DNA from: Candidatus Omnitrophota bacterium
GTDB lineage: Bacteria > Omnitrophota > Gorgyraeia > Zapsychrales > JANLHA01
DNA length: 32,000 bases
Assembly (NCBI GenBank): GCA_963662715.1
Contig: OY759724.1
Coordinates: forward strand, 2,880,001-2,912,000
Reading direction: 5' to 3'
Of this stretch, positions 9,446 to 18,350 are shown in pieces (the first letter of the stretch is position 1; every line of letters starts with the position of its first letter). Below the pieces are notes generated by a model. That model saw only the letters and a program-made list of their open reading frames with translations. It was not told where the DNA came from and did not search any database. A program made the position numbers and the translations under genes.

Positions 9446-10660
9446 ATGTTAAAAAAGTTTCCTAAAAGAAATATTTTTATATCCGAAAAAGAAATAAAAG
9501 CGGTATTGTCTTTTCTGTTTCGTCCGCGAGTCAGGGCTGAAGATTTTGTCAGAAAGTTTGAAGATAATTTCAGTCGGCACATCGGGGTAAAAGAGGCTAT
9601 CGCTGTCGGCTCGGGCCGGTTCGCTTTGTCTTTAATCCTGAGATCCCTGGGAGTGCAAAGAGGCGATGCTGTTTTACTCAGCGCCTATAACTTTACCGGT
9701 GTGCCCGAATCGTTACGGCAGGAGGGGGTGGAGCCTCATTTTGTTGACGCCGATCCGTCAACTTATCAAATGAACATCGATCTGATCCCGCAAAAAATCA
9801 CTGAAAAAACTAAAGTTCTCCTGGCCACGCATCTTTTCGGGCAGCTATCCGACACGGACCGGCTGGCGGATCTGGCCCGGGAAAATCACCTCTACCTCAT
9901 AGAAGATGCCGCGCAGGCTTTGGGAAGCTTTTATAAAAACAGGCCGGCAGGAACACGGGCCGATATCGGGCTGTTCAGTTTTACGGGCAGTAAATTGCTT
10001 AATACGTCCTGGGGTGGGATGATCGTTACAAACAACGCAGACTTAGCCGGAAAGATCCGTCAGGAGTTGTCCCGTTATCCTGCTCTCGGCACAGCCCAGG
10101 CCGTTTTCTTCAGGGTGAAAACTTATGCCTATGCTTTGGCGACCCAGCGTGCTTTTTACAGTTATCTGGTCTATCCTCTGACGGTGTTGTTTTATTTGTG
10201 CGGTATTGACCTTTTTGCGGCTTATAAAATGTTTGACCGCCGGGTGTCTCCCTACAAGAGGAACGGGCTGAATAATTTGCAGGGGTATCTGGGCCTCGAT
10301 CAGATGGACCGGCTTGAACAGTTTATAAAAAAGCGGAAAGAGTACGCCGGCAAACTTCTGGCCCAATTGGCCCCTGCGATATCTTTGCAGAAAGGCCCCC
10401 CGGACGCCGACCCGTGTTATTTTATGATCCCCCTGAAAGCAAAACACAAGGGGGAGGCCTATAAAAAACTGCTCCTTAAAGGGATTGACAGCAATATTCA
10501 GTATGCGGCCGATTGTTCGGGATTGACAGGGGTTCATAATCCGTGCGCAGCGGATTTATCCCAACATATTTTAACGATGAATTTGCCTTTGCGCATGAGT
10601 GATCAGGATATAAATTATATGGCGCAATCCATAAATGATTTAAAAGATATGTTAGAATGA
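9446..10660 (+). CDS. DegT/DnrJ/EryC1/StrS-family PLP-dependent aminotransferase (second paralogue)
   Basis: FEDNFSRHIGVKEAIAVGSGRFALSL, LIEDAAQALG and PLP-lysine context FSFTGSKLLNTSWGGMIVTNN. Confidence 0.88.
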   Translation: MLKKFPKRNIFISEKEIKAVLSFLFRPRVRAEDFVRKFEDNFSRHIGVKEAIAVGSGRFALSLILRSLGVQRGDAVLLSAYNFTGVPESLRQEGVEPHFVDADPSTYQMNIDLIPQKITEKTKVLLATHLFGQLSDTDRLADLARENHLYLIEDAAQALGSFYKNRPAGTRADIGLFSFTGSKLLNTSWGGMIVTNNADLAGKIRQELSRYPALGTAQAVFFRVKTYAYALATQRAFYSYLVYPLTVLFYLCGIDLFAAYKMFDRRVSPYKRNGLNNLQGYLGLDQMDRLEQFIKKRKEYAGKLLAQLAPAISLQKGPPDADPCYFMIPLKAKHKGEAYKKLLLKGIDSNIQYAADCSGLTGVHNPCAADLSQHILTMNLPLRMSDQDINYMAQSINDLKDMLE

Positions 10661-10781
10661 AACGGTATAAATTTTTCAGCCTTAAAAAGTTTTATCTGAA
10701 AAATGCAAAAGCTGTTTGTCCGGGGGGCTTCCTTTCTCCGGGATATCCCATATGGATACAAAAGGCGGGTAACGGGAATTT

Positions 10782-12068
10782 ATGACTAAAAAAGTTGAAA
10801 TGATTTTTTTGTTCCTTTGCTTCCTGGGGGCATTTTATTTGCGCCTCCAGGCGTCCCTGAATGTTCCCTATGCTTCCGATGAAACTCTTAAGATCCGCGT
10901 CGCGAAAGAAATTAACTTAAAGAATTTTGAGCTCCCTTTGGGTAATGAAGAAACGCATAATGGCCCTTTGCTGCTTTATGTGATGAAGGCGAGCATGAGT
11001 CTTTTAGGAGAAAACAGAATGGGGGTGCGTCTTCCGTCATTGATTTACAGTTTATTGACTTTGTGGCTTTTATATGTTTTGGTTAAGGAATCCCTGGATC
11101 AAAGAACGGCGATGTTGTCTCTGATTCTGCTGAGCCTGAGTCAGCTTCATATCGGCTTTACAAGAATTGTCGATGAAAACGGCTTCCTGATATTTTTTGT
11201 TGTCCTGACGCTTTTATTTATTCAAAAAGCCTTGCATGCCGGGCAAAAAAGATATATTTTTTTCGCAGGTTTATCCTTAGGGATGGGAAGCTTGGTGAAA
11301 GGCACCATGCTGACGATCCTTCCGGGAATCCTTTTATATCTCTGGCTGTATAAAGGACACCGCCACCCTTTCTCCGGCAGAGATATTTTGCTGTTTCTTA
11401 TAACCTGTGGGCTTGTCGTGTCTCCCAGTGTTTATTGGGACATGACTCACGGTTATACGGATTTTAAATATCATCTGGATAAATCAGGATTTTTTGCCTT
11501 CAGTTTTATTTCTTTGGCCCTTTTTTTGGGGGAATTATTTATATGGAACTTGCATTACATCGATGAGATATCGCTGTCGCAAATCGTGTCTTATGAATAT
11601 CCTTTTTGCAACTGGCTTATGGGGTTGATCTGTTTGGCGGGGGCGACATACTTTCTGAATAACAGAAAGAACGGGTTTACGGATTTGCTGTTGTGGATTT
11701 TTTGGTCTAATTTTATTTTTTTCTCTCTGGTCAGGTCAAACTCGGGAGGGGGGGCGGCTTTTCATCTGGATAATTTCTGGTGGGCTATTGTGGCTGTTAT
11801 CCCGGGTTTTATCCTGGGGGGAGCCTTTCTTGCGGATTTATGCCGGAGATACAAACCTGTACGATATTTCATCCTCCCGTTGATACTGATTTATTTTGGG
11901 ATAAACGGCATAAGTTTTGTCCGTTTCCCGGCCCTTTGCTGGATCCCCAACGATCGGGTAAAAATTTTGGAATTAAGTAAGACAGCCCAAAAGTACCGGG
12001 AGGAAGGTTTGCGGGAGGAAGCTTTAAAGGTGGAGCAATATATCCAGGGCCGATACTATGGTTTGTGA
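10782..12068 (+). CDS. GT-C fold membrane glycosyltransferase, GT39/ArnT (PMT_2)-like
   Basis: Polytopic hydrophobic protein. It has an acidic motif in the first extracytoplasmic loop (PYASDET) followed by a long helix bundle, the typical PMT_2 layout. Confidence 0.65.
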   Translation: MTKKVEMIFLFLCFLGAFYLRLQASLNVPYASDETLKIRVAKEINLKNFELPLGNEETHNGPLLLYVMKASMSLLGENRMGVRLPSLIYSLLTLWLLYVLVKESLDQRTAMLSLILLSLSQLHIGFTRIVDENGFLIFFVVLTLLFIQKALHAGQKRYIFFAGLSLGMGSLVKGTMLTILPGILLYLWLYKGHRHPFSGRDILLFLITCGLVVSPSVYWDMTHGYTDFKYHLDKSGFFAFSFISLALFLGELFIWNLHYIDEISLSQIVSYEYPFCNWLMGLICLAGATYFLNNRKNGFTDLLLWIFWSNFIFFSLVRSNSGGGAAFHLDNFWWAIVAVIPGFILGGAFLADLCRRYKPVRYFILPLILIYFGINGISFVRFPALCWIPNDRVKILELSKTAQKYREEGLREEALKVEQYIQGRYYGL

Positions 12069-13611
12069 AACAAAGACAATCAACATTTGGGATAAAAAGT
12101 TTATTTCTTGGATAACCGTTCTGTCTTTCGGAGTGTATATGTTCGGGACATACATTTTGAGCGTTCTCAGCCGTTCTGCATTTTTTGACGTATCTCTCTT
12201 CGGATCAAGCCAGGAAAACCCTGTCACGACCGTCATAAGCTTTCTTGTTTTCGGGGCCGGGTTCCTTATGCTTTTCATCCTTCCCGGGTGGATTTTTTCT
12301 CTTCATTTCAAGAGGTTGAAAAGCGATATGACGGTGTTTCTCGCTGTCTCCCTGGCGGCAAGTGTTATCGGCTTAATTTTTTCTGTGACGGTTTATAAAA
12401 TCATCGGAGGGGAGACGTTAAACAGGACGAATTTTCTTGTGATATTGATCATGCTTCTGGGCGCCGGCTTGATTTCCTTACGGGCGCGGTTCCCCCAGCA
12501 TAAAAACGCTCCGGGAGTGGCCCGGGTTTCCCTGCCCCGCATATCCGCTGTTTTCGTTTTTATCCTGATCCCTTTAATATTTCTTTCAACCTTGGGCCAT
12601 AAACTTATAGACGGGAAACCGGTGTCTTTTGATTACAGTCAAGAGGCTGTCCTGGCCATCCCCTTAGGACATCAGTCAGACGCTCTGGAAACATTCGGTT
12701 TGGCGCATAGCCTCAAAGACCGTATCCTGCCTTATTGGGATTTGGAGTATGCCGACACTTTTGGCTTCGCCTTCACTGATCCTCCGTTGTATCCGTTTCT
12801 TTGTCTGTTTGCCGTATTGCTTTTTGGAGAAAGTTTTGCCACATTGTCTCTGATGTCGGCGGGGTTTATTATCCTTATGTTTTTGTTTGTTTGGGGACAG
12901 GGAACCCGTCCGTCTCCTCTGCGTTTTTTTATCAGCCTCATGTTTATGCTGTCATATCTATATTTTTTCCGAAACAATACTGTCGTTTTTGTGCTGCTTG
13001 AACATTTTTTTATGCTGCTGATATTCCTGACCTATATTTTCCTGTTGCGGGAAAACTACGGAATATTTTTTGTGTTCGCAACTTTGGCAACTTTGACGAG
13101 ATTTTACGGTATTTTTTTTGTGTTGCTGGGATGGGGGGCCTGGGCTTTATTCTATAAAGACCGCAGGGATAAATCGTTCTGGATTCTGTCCCGGTACGGT
13201 TTTGTCGTGGCCGGTATCCTTTCCGGCGTGGCTTTCATCGGGGTTTTGACCGGACACCTGGACACGTATCTAAAATGCATTTTAATCGAACACTTTAACA
13301 GGCTGGATTATTTTTCCGCACTGTCGGGCATTTATCCGGGAAACGTTGTCTCCCTGCCGGCAGCCTCCTTGCGCCAGGGCGTGCAATTCCTGGCCTGGTG
13401 TTTATATAGTACTGTATTTACGTTCCCGGTTCTGATATATTTCAGTAAGAGCAGAGAGGAAAATTTTTATTCATTTATCTGTCTTGTTTACTGTTTTCTT
13501 GTCGTTTCCAGTAAATACAGTTTGCCTAGATATGTTATCCCGATGCTGCCTTTGGTGGCCATGATTTTTGCCAGTAAAGTTGAGCGGTTCATGGGAGCCG
13601 CTCTTCCCTAA
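12058..13611 (+). CDS. Polytopic integral membrane protein, possibly GT-C-fold transferase or polymerase
   Basis: At least 10 hydrophobic segments throughout. Overlaps the upstream stop by 11 nt. No catalytic motif that I can name. Confidence 0.55.
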   Translation: MVCETKTINIWDKKFISWITVLSFGVYMFGTYILSVLSRSAFFDVSLFGSSQENPVTTVISFLVFGAGFLMLFILPGWIFSLHFKRLKSDMTVFLAVSLAASVIGLIFSVTVYKIIGGETLNRTNFLVILIMLLGAGLISLRARFPQHKNAPGVARVSLPRISAVFVFILIPLIFLSTLGHKLIDGKPVSFDYSQEAVLAIPLGHQSDALETFGLAHSLKDRILPYWDLEYADTFGFAFTDPPLYPFLCLFAVLLFGESFATLSLMSAGFIILMFLFVWGQGTRPSPLRFFISLMFMLSYLYFFRNNTVVFVLLEHFFMLLIFLTYIFLLRENYGIFFVFATLATLTRFYGIFFVLLGWGAWALFYKDRRDKSFWILSRYGFVVAGILSGVAFIGVLTGHLDTYLKCILIEHFNRLDYFSALSGIYPGNVVSLPAASLRQGVQFLAWCLYSTVFTFPVLIYFSKSREENFYSFICLVYCFLVVSSKYSLPRYVIPMLPLVAMIFASKVERFMGAALP

Positions 13612-13627
13612 ACCCCGGTCATTTAAA

Positions 13628-15103
13628 ATGAACTTTATTCGTAATATTATTCTTATTAGAGCGGGCTATCTGCAAAGGAAAAAATTCGAACATCCTCTGC
13701 ACTGTCCGCCGCCCTTGTCCCTGAAGTATGCCAAAGCCCTTCTGGAGACAAGCGGGGAATACAATGTTAAAATTGTCGACGGGTTGATCGACTGCGTGCC
13801 GGATGAAAACATCCTGAAGATGCTGTCTCAGTGGCCGGCACAATTTGTTTTTATTGAAATTGCTTCGCCGGCCAGCGAAAAGGGCCTGGCTTTATCTCAA
13901 AAGATCAGGAGCCAGTTCCAGGATATGGTTGTCGTGGCCGGAGGGTCGGATGTCAGTGAACGGTATCAGTTTTATCTGACGGCGAAGGACACTTTTGATG
14001 TCATCCTCCGCGGCGAATTTGAAAATGAATTAACCGTGCTGGTCAAACAGCTGCAAACAGCTGATAAGAAAGAAGATGTTCAAAAAATATACCTGGAAGA
14101 GAGAAACCGGCAGGTTTTGCTGGTCGAAGACCTGGATGTCCTGCCCTGTCTTGCCTGGACCAGGGCGGAATTAAAAAAATACCCTTATCGTTATCCTTTG
14201 AAATATGCCCGGCCGCTGTTGTCAGGTTATGTCTCGACTTCGAGAGGGTGCCGGCACGGGTGCACCTTCTGTTCGCCGTCAGTCCGCAAAAGTTATGGAA
14301 AAAAACTGAGGCTGCGGTCTGCTTCGCATGTCGTCGCAGAGATAGAATATCTGCAGACATTGGGTGTCAATCTTGTCTCTTTTGAGGATGATGATTTTAC
14401 CGGCAGCCGGGATCATTTACTTTCCATCTGTGAAGAGCTGATGAAAAAGAACACGAACATAAAATGGACCTGCCATGCCAGGATTGATGAAGTGTCCCCG
14501 GACATATTGAAAATTATGCGGCAGGCCGGCTGTATCTTAATTTTGTTTGGAGTAGAATCCGGTTCGCAGAACATTATACACACCCTGCATAAGAATTTTT
14601 CTGAAAGGGACTGGGGGGACCGGGCGCGGGAAACCTTCCTCAATGCAAGAGAGGCGGGTATCGCCACGTGCGCATTGTTCATGGTGGGGAACCCCGGTGA
14701 GACCCGCGATGATGTTAATGCCAGCATTCAACTGGCTTTTGACTTGCATCCGGATTTTATAAAAGTTCATAATTTCACGCTTTATCCCGGCTCAAAGGAT
14801 TACGGCCGATACCAGTCCCAGCATGCCCCGGTTCTTTCTCAGCATCATTATCTGCAGCCGATCATTAATGTGAGCTGTTTGACAAATACCGAATTAAAAA
14901 TTTTACAGCGGGAATTCTACCGCCGGTTTTTCTTCCGGGCCTCTTTTCTCATAAACCATACTTTAGGTTACGCTGTTTTTTATTTGCTGAATTGGCCGTG
15001 GAGCTTTAAGATGCTCGGAGAATTGTTGAGTTTTTTGTTCAGCAGGCATAAAAATGAGTCTCTTAAGGGGAACGACGCAGAGAATAGAAAAGGGGGGCTT
15101 TAA
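13628..15103 (+). CDS. B12-binding-domain radical SAM enzyme (close paralogue of 4503-6035)
   Basis: CPPPLSLKYAKALLETSGEYNVKIVDG and VVAGGSD. TSRGCRHGCTFC cluster. FGVESGS motif. The start is moved to the ATG at 13628 (MNFIRN...) because the track start at 13568 overlaps the upstream gene. Confidence 0.9.
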   Translation: MNFIRNIILIRAGYLQRKKFEHPLHCPPPLSLKYAKALLETSGEYNVKIVDGLIDCVPDENILKMLSQWPAQFVFIEIASPASEKGLALSQKIRSQFQDMVVVAGGSDVSERYQFYLTAKDTFDVILRGEFENELTVLVKQLQTADKKEDVQKIYLEERNRQVLLVEDLDVLPCLAWTRAELKKYPYRYPLKYARPLLSGYVSTSRGCRHGCTFCSPSVRKSYGKKLRLRSASHVVAEIEYLQTLGVNLVSFEDDDFTGSRDHLLSICEELMKKNTNIKWTCHARIDEVSPDILKIMRQAGCILILFGVESGSQNIIHTLHKNFSERDWGDRARETFLNAREAGIATCALFMVGNPGETRDDVNASIQLAFDLHPDFIKVHNFTLYPGSKDYGRYQSQHAPVLSQHHYLQPIINVSCLTNTELKILQREFYRRFFFRASFLINHTLGYAVFYLLNWPWSFKMLGELLSFLFSRHKNESLKGNDAENRKGGL

Positions 15104-15104
15104 G

Positions 15105-16988
15105 ATGACCGATTTTATGGGAATGCTGTCATGGGATAAAGGGCTAAAGGCTGGCACCCGCCAGAAAATTATGAAAAATGATGATGTCCCGTCCCCTGCC
15201 GGCATTGAGACAAATCTGAACGGAGGGGGAGCGTTTATCGGGGCGACAGGCTCTGTCGGAGCCCCCGGAACCTTCAGGGGCAAAGAGGTTCTGGGATACC
15301 ATGTGATGTTCAACGGGCAGTTATACAACACCGAGGAACTGTTCGCCGAAGGAGGAAGATCGGAAGAACGGCCCGCTTTGCCGAATCCTCCTGAACTTAT
15401 AGCCGCGATGTTCCGGAAATACGGGGAACAATGTTTTTTGAGACTGAACGGAGTCTATTCCCTGGCCCTGCTTGATCCGGGGCGCAGGCTGTTTTTTCTG
15501 GGGACAGGAAAACTCAATCCCCAGACGATTTACTATCTTTATCAAGAGGAATGTCTTTATTTTGCAGATAAAATTGAAACCCTGGTAAGAATATCCGGCA
15601 TGCCGCCGGAGCTTGACCATCAGTTCCTGCCCAAATATTTTGCGCACGGCTTTGTCCCCAGCCCGCACACATTGCTGAAAGGAATACGCAAAATACCCAC
15701 AGGAAGTTTTCTGCTTTTCCAGGAAGGCGGGCGGCTGTCTTTACAGCGTTACTGGGATATGCAATTCAGCGGGAAGGATGTCCCGGAACTCAGAGAAAAA
15801 GATTACAGCCGGAATATTTATAAAACATTGATCGACACCACCCGCAGACGCCTTAATATTGATTCAAGACTGGGCGTGTTTCTAAGCGGAGGTCTTGATT
15901 CCGGATCCTTGGTTGCGGTCCTCAGTCAGTTGAAAGAGGGAAAGCCCCTGCATACCTTTACGGCGATCTTTGACGAGAAATCCTTCAGTGAAGCGAATCA
16001 GGCCAAGACTGTCGCGGCTCATTTCGGCACGAAACATTTTGAAATCCTTCTGACCCCTGAAAAGGCTCTGGAGTTTGTGAGGCGCTTAATCGGGAAAATT
16101 GACGACCCGTTTTCTGACGATGATGTCATCTGCGGGGGGGTGCTGTCCCCGGTCGCCTCTGAGCATGTCGATGACGTTTTCCTGGGAGACGGCCCCGATG
16201 AATTATTGATGGGGTACCCGTCCCTTTTAGCTCATAAATTGTCCCGCATTTATGAAGCCGTTCCCGGGGCGCTCAGGAGAATTTTTGAGCGGGGGATGAA
16301 CCGCCTGCCTGTTTCTTATGAATATTGTGCGTTTGACGCGCGGTTCAGGCAGTTTTTAGGAGGCGTGGGCTACCCGGCGGAACTCCGCGACGCGGCATGG
16401 TGGGGCCCTTTCCCGCCCCAGAATCAACCCGGCCTTTTTCACAGGGATATTCAGGAAAACCTGAACTTTGAATACCGGCAGATTTATTCTGAGGCTTTGG
16501 AGGAAATAGCCCGGGGTAATGCACATGGGATCATAGAAAAGATTTTAACATTATACATTCGGTGCCTGGGTGAACGCTGGTTCATGAAATTGAATGCCGT
16601 GAGTCAAAGCACGTCCATTCATTTTAAACTGCCTTACCTGGATGACCGTTTTGTGGAGTGCGCCAATGCCGTCCCGAGCCGGTATAAACAGAAATCGAAA
16701 TATATTTTAAGAAAAGCGATGGAGACTGATTTGCCGAAGAGTATTTTATGGGGACGCAAAAGACCTTTCTTTGTCCCGTTGGCTCTGTGGATGAAGAATA
16801 ATTTCAGAACATTGATTTTGGATGTCCTGACGGAAACGAATGTCCTGAAAGCGGGGTTGAACTATTCTTATGTTTCTCATATGCTTCAGCAGCATTTCTC
16901 CGGGGAAGCGAATCATGCCAAACAACTGTGGAATATCTTTATTTATGTGGCATGGGCTATCCGCCTGCCCAAGTGGGGCCGGGACTGA
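15105..16988 (+). CDS. Asparagine synthase (AsnB)-family amidoligase lacking the N-terminal Cys nucleophile
   Basis: PP-loop GVFLSGGLDSGSLVAV. N-domain remnants MFNGQLYN and NGVYSLALLD. Starts MTDFMGM (no MCG) at the ATG 15105, right after the upstream stop and a gaaaagggggg SD. Confidence 0.87.
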   Translation: MTDFMGMLSWDKGLKAGTRQKIMKNDDVPSPAGIETNLNGGGAFIGATGSVGAPGTFRGKEVLGYHVMFNGQLYNTEELFAEGGRSEERPALPNPPELIAAMFRKYGEQCFLRLNGVYSLALLDPGRRLFFLGTGKLNPQTIYYLYQEECLYFADKIETLVRISGMPPELDHQFLPKYFAHGFVPSPHTLLKGIRKIPTGSFLLFQEGGRLSLQRYWDMQFSGKDVPELREKDYSRNIYKTLIDTTRRRLNIDSRLGVFLSGGLDSGSLVAVLSQLKEGKPLHTFTAIFDEKSFSEANQAKTVAAHFGTKHFEILLTPEKALEFVRRLIGKIDDPFSDDDVICGGVLSPVASEHVDDVFLGDGPDELLMGYPSLLAHKLSRIYEAVPGALRRIFERGMNRLPVSYEYCAFDARFRQFLGGVGYPAELRDAAWWGPFPPQNQPGLFHRDIQENLNFEYRQIYSEALEEIARGNAHGIIEKILTLYIRCLGERWFMKLNAVSQSTSIHFKLPYLDDRFVECANAVPSRYKQKSKYILRKAMETDLPKSILWGRKRPFFVPLALWMKNNFRTLILDVLTETNVLKAGLNYSYVSHMLQQHFSGEANHAKQLWNIFIYVAWAIRLPKWGRD

Positions 16989-17018
16989 AATAAAGATGTC
17001 TATGGGCAAGGGAGCCTC

Positions 17019-18317
17019 GTGAGCCGTATATTATTGTTAAAACCTTACTGGCCTTATCCTTACGGGAAGGGAGAGCATACATATAACCGTATCTGGGCGC
17101 CTTTGTCTTTATTGAACTGTGCCGCGATCCTTCAGCAGTCCGGACACCAGCCTTATATCTTGGATGCCCATGCCCTGCGCATAAAAGCGCGAAAGCTGCG
17201 GCCGTATTTACAGGGATTTGAAAAGATCGTTATTTCGTCTTCCTGTTTGGATAGATGGCAATGCCCCAACATTGATATCACGCCGTTTCTAGAGGCTGTG
17301 GAAAATCTCAAACAGGTCACCGCGGAATTTTATGTGACAGGGTATCACGGGACAAGGTGTCCTGAGGATATGCTCAGAAAGACGGGAGCGAAAGCGGTCA
17401 TCCGGGGGGAACCGGAATCCGTTATCCTGGATATTGCCAGCGGTAAAAGTCTTCAGGATATCCCCGGGATAACTTATGCCGGGCACAGCCGCATTGTTTC
17501 GAATCCTGACGCCTGTCTCCCGGATTTAAAAACATTACCCGTGCCGGCCTACCGTTTGTTAAACCCCCGGAAGTATTTTTACGAAATCTTGGGCGGAAGA
17601 TTCGCTTTGCTGGAATACAGCCGGGGATGTCAATACCAGTGCACATTCTGCAATAAGGTCATGTACGGTTCCGGATTGAGGCTCAAGTCTGCCCGCCAAA
17701 TGATCGAGGAAATCCGGACCGTCGTCGAAGAATGTCATTTCCGTTCCGGGTATTTTATCGATCTGGAATTCCTGTCCGACAGGGAAATGGTGGAGGATAT
17801 CTGTGATTTTTTTATAACCGAAAATTACGATTTCAGATGGTGCTGTCAGACCAGAGTTGACTCTTTGGACGGCGATATCCTGATGAAAATGAAGAAAGCC
17901 GGCTGCCAGCTGATTCATTTTGGGGTCGAAAGCGGCAAGCAGAAATTTTTAAATGAAACACGCAAAGGCTTTAAGCTGGACAGGGCCATGCCGTCAGTTA
18001 AACTCTGCAAAGATGCCGGGATAAAAACACTCGCTTTTTTTATCTTCGGATTTCAGGAGGAAACAGCCCGGGACAGGGCAGAGATACTCGAATACGCAAA
18101 GACTTTGGACACGGATTACGTCTCTTTTCATAAAATATTCCCTTATGCGCAGGATAATGGAAGTGTCCCGGAATTCCGGCCGGATGAAATAGACGCGTTT
18201 ATCCGTCAGGCTTTTTTGCAGTATTATTTAAGGCCGGCGTGCCTGAAAAAATTGGATTTTAATGTTCTGTTGCGCTCTGTGAGGTTGTTATGGGCCCGCA
18301 TGACCTCATTGTCGTGA
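17019..18317 (+). CDS. B12-binding-domain radical SAM enzyme
   Basis: WAPLSLLNCAAILQQSGHQPYILDA. YSRGCQYQCTFC cluster. HFGVESG motif. GTG start preceded by an aagggag SD. Confidence 0.87.
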   Translation: MSRILLLKPYWPYPYGKGEHTYNRIWAPLSLLNCAAILQQSGHQPYILDAHALRIKARKLRPYLQGFEKIVISSSCLDRWQCPNIDITPFLEAVENLKQVTAEFYVTGYHGTRCPEDMLRKTGAKAVIRGEPESVILDIASGKSLQDIPGITYAGHSRIVSNPDACLPDLKTLPVPAYRLLNPRKYFYEILGGRFALLEYSRGCQYQCTFCNKVMYGSGLRLKSARQMIEEIRTVVEECHFRSGYFIDLEFLSDREMVEDICDFFITENYDFRWCCQTRVDSLDGDILMKMKKAGCQLIHFGVESGKQKFLNETRKGFKLDRAMPSVKLCKDAGIKTLAFFIFGFQEETARDRAEILEYAKTLDTDYVSFHKIFPYAQDNGSVPEFRPDEIDAFIRQAFLQYYLRPACLKKLDFNVLLRSVRLLWARMTSLS

Positions 18318-18350
18318 CCTCTTTTAAAATACGGAATCAAGACAATATTG

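Noticed and set aside
10671-10704. 9-bp inverted repeat atttttcag-N16-ctgaaaaat after the second DegT gene, considered as a terminator
   Set aside because: The stem is almost entirely A/T, the loop is 16 nt and there is no trailing T-tract. A regulatory dyad is possible but unsupported.
13568-13627. Upstream starts given by the ORF track (13568, 15054, 20057, 28418, 28946, 18348)
   Set aside because: They overlap the preceding gene or are TTG codons without an SD. Internal ATGs (13628, 15105, 20105, 28445, 28997, 18351) give canonical family N-termini. The residual uncertainty, especially for 28445, is noted in the features.
14994-15003. ggccgtggag inside the radical SAM gene, matching the distal arm of the right-end IS200 hairpin
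   Set aside because: It is a 10-nt match with no complementary arm nearby and lies within a well-supported CDS, so it is most likely coincidence.
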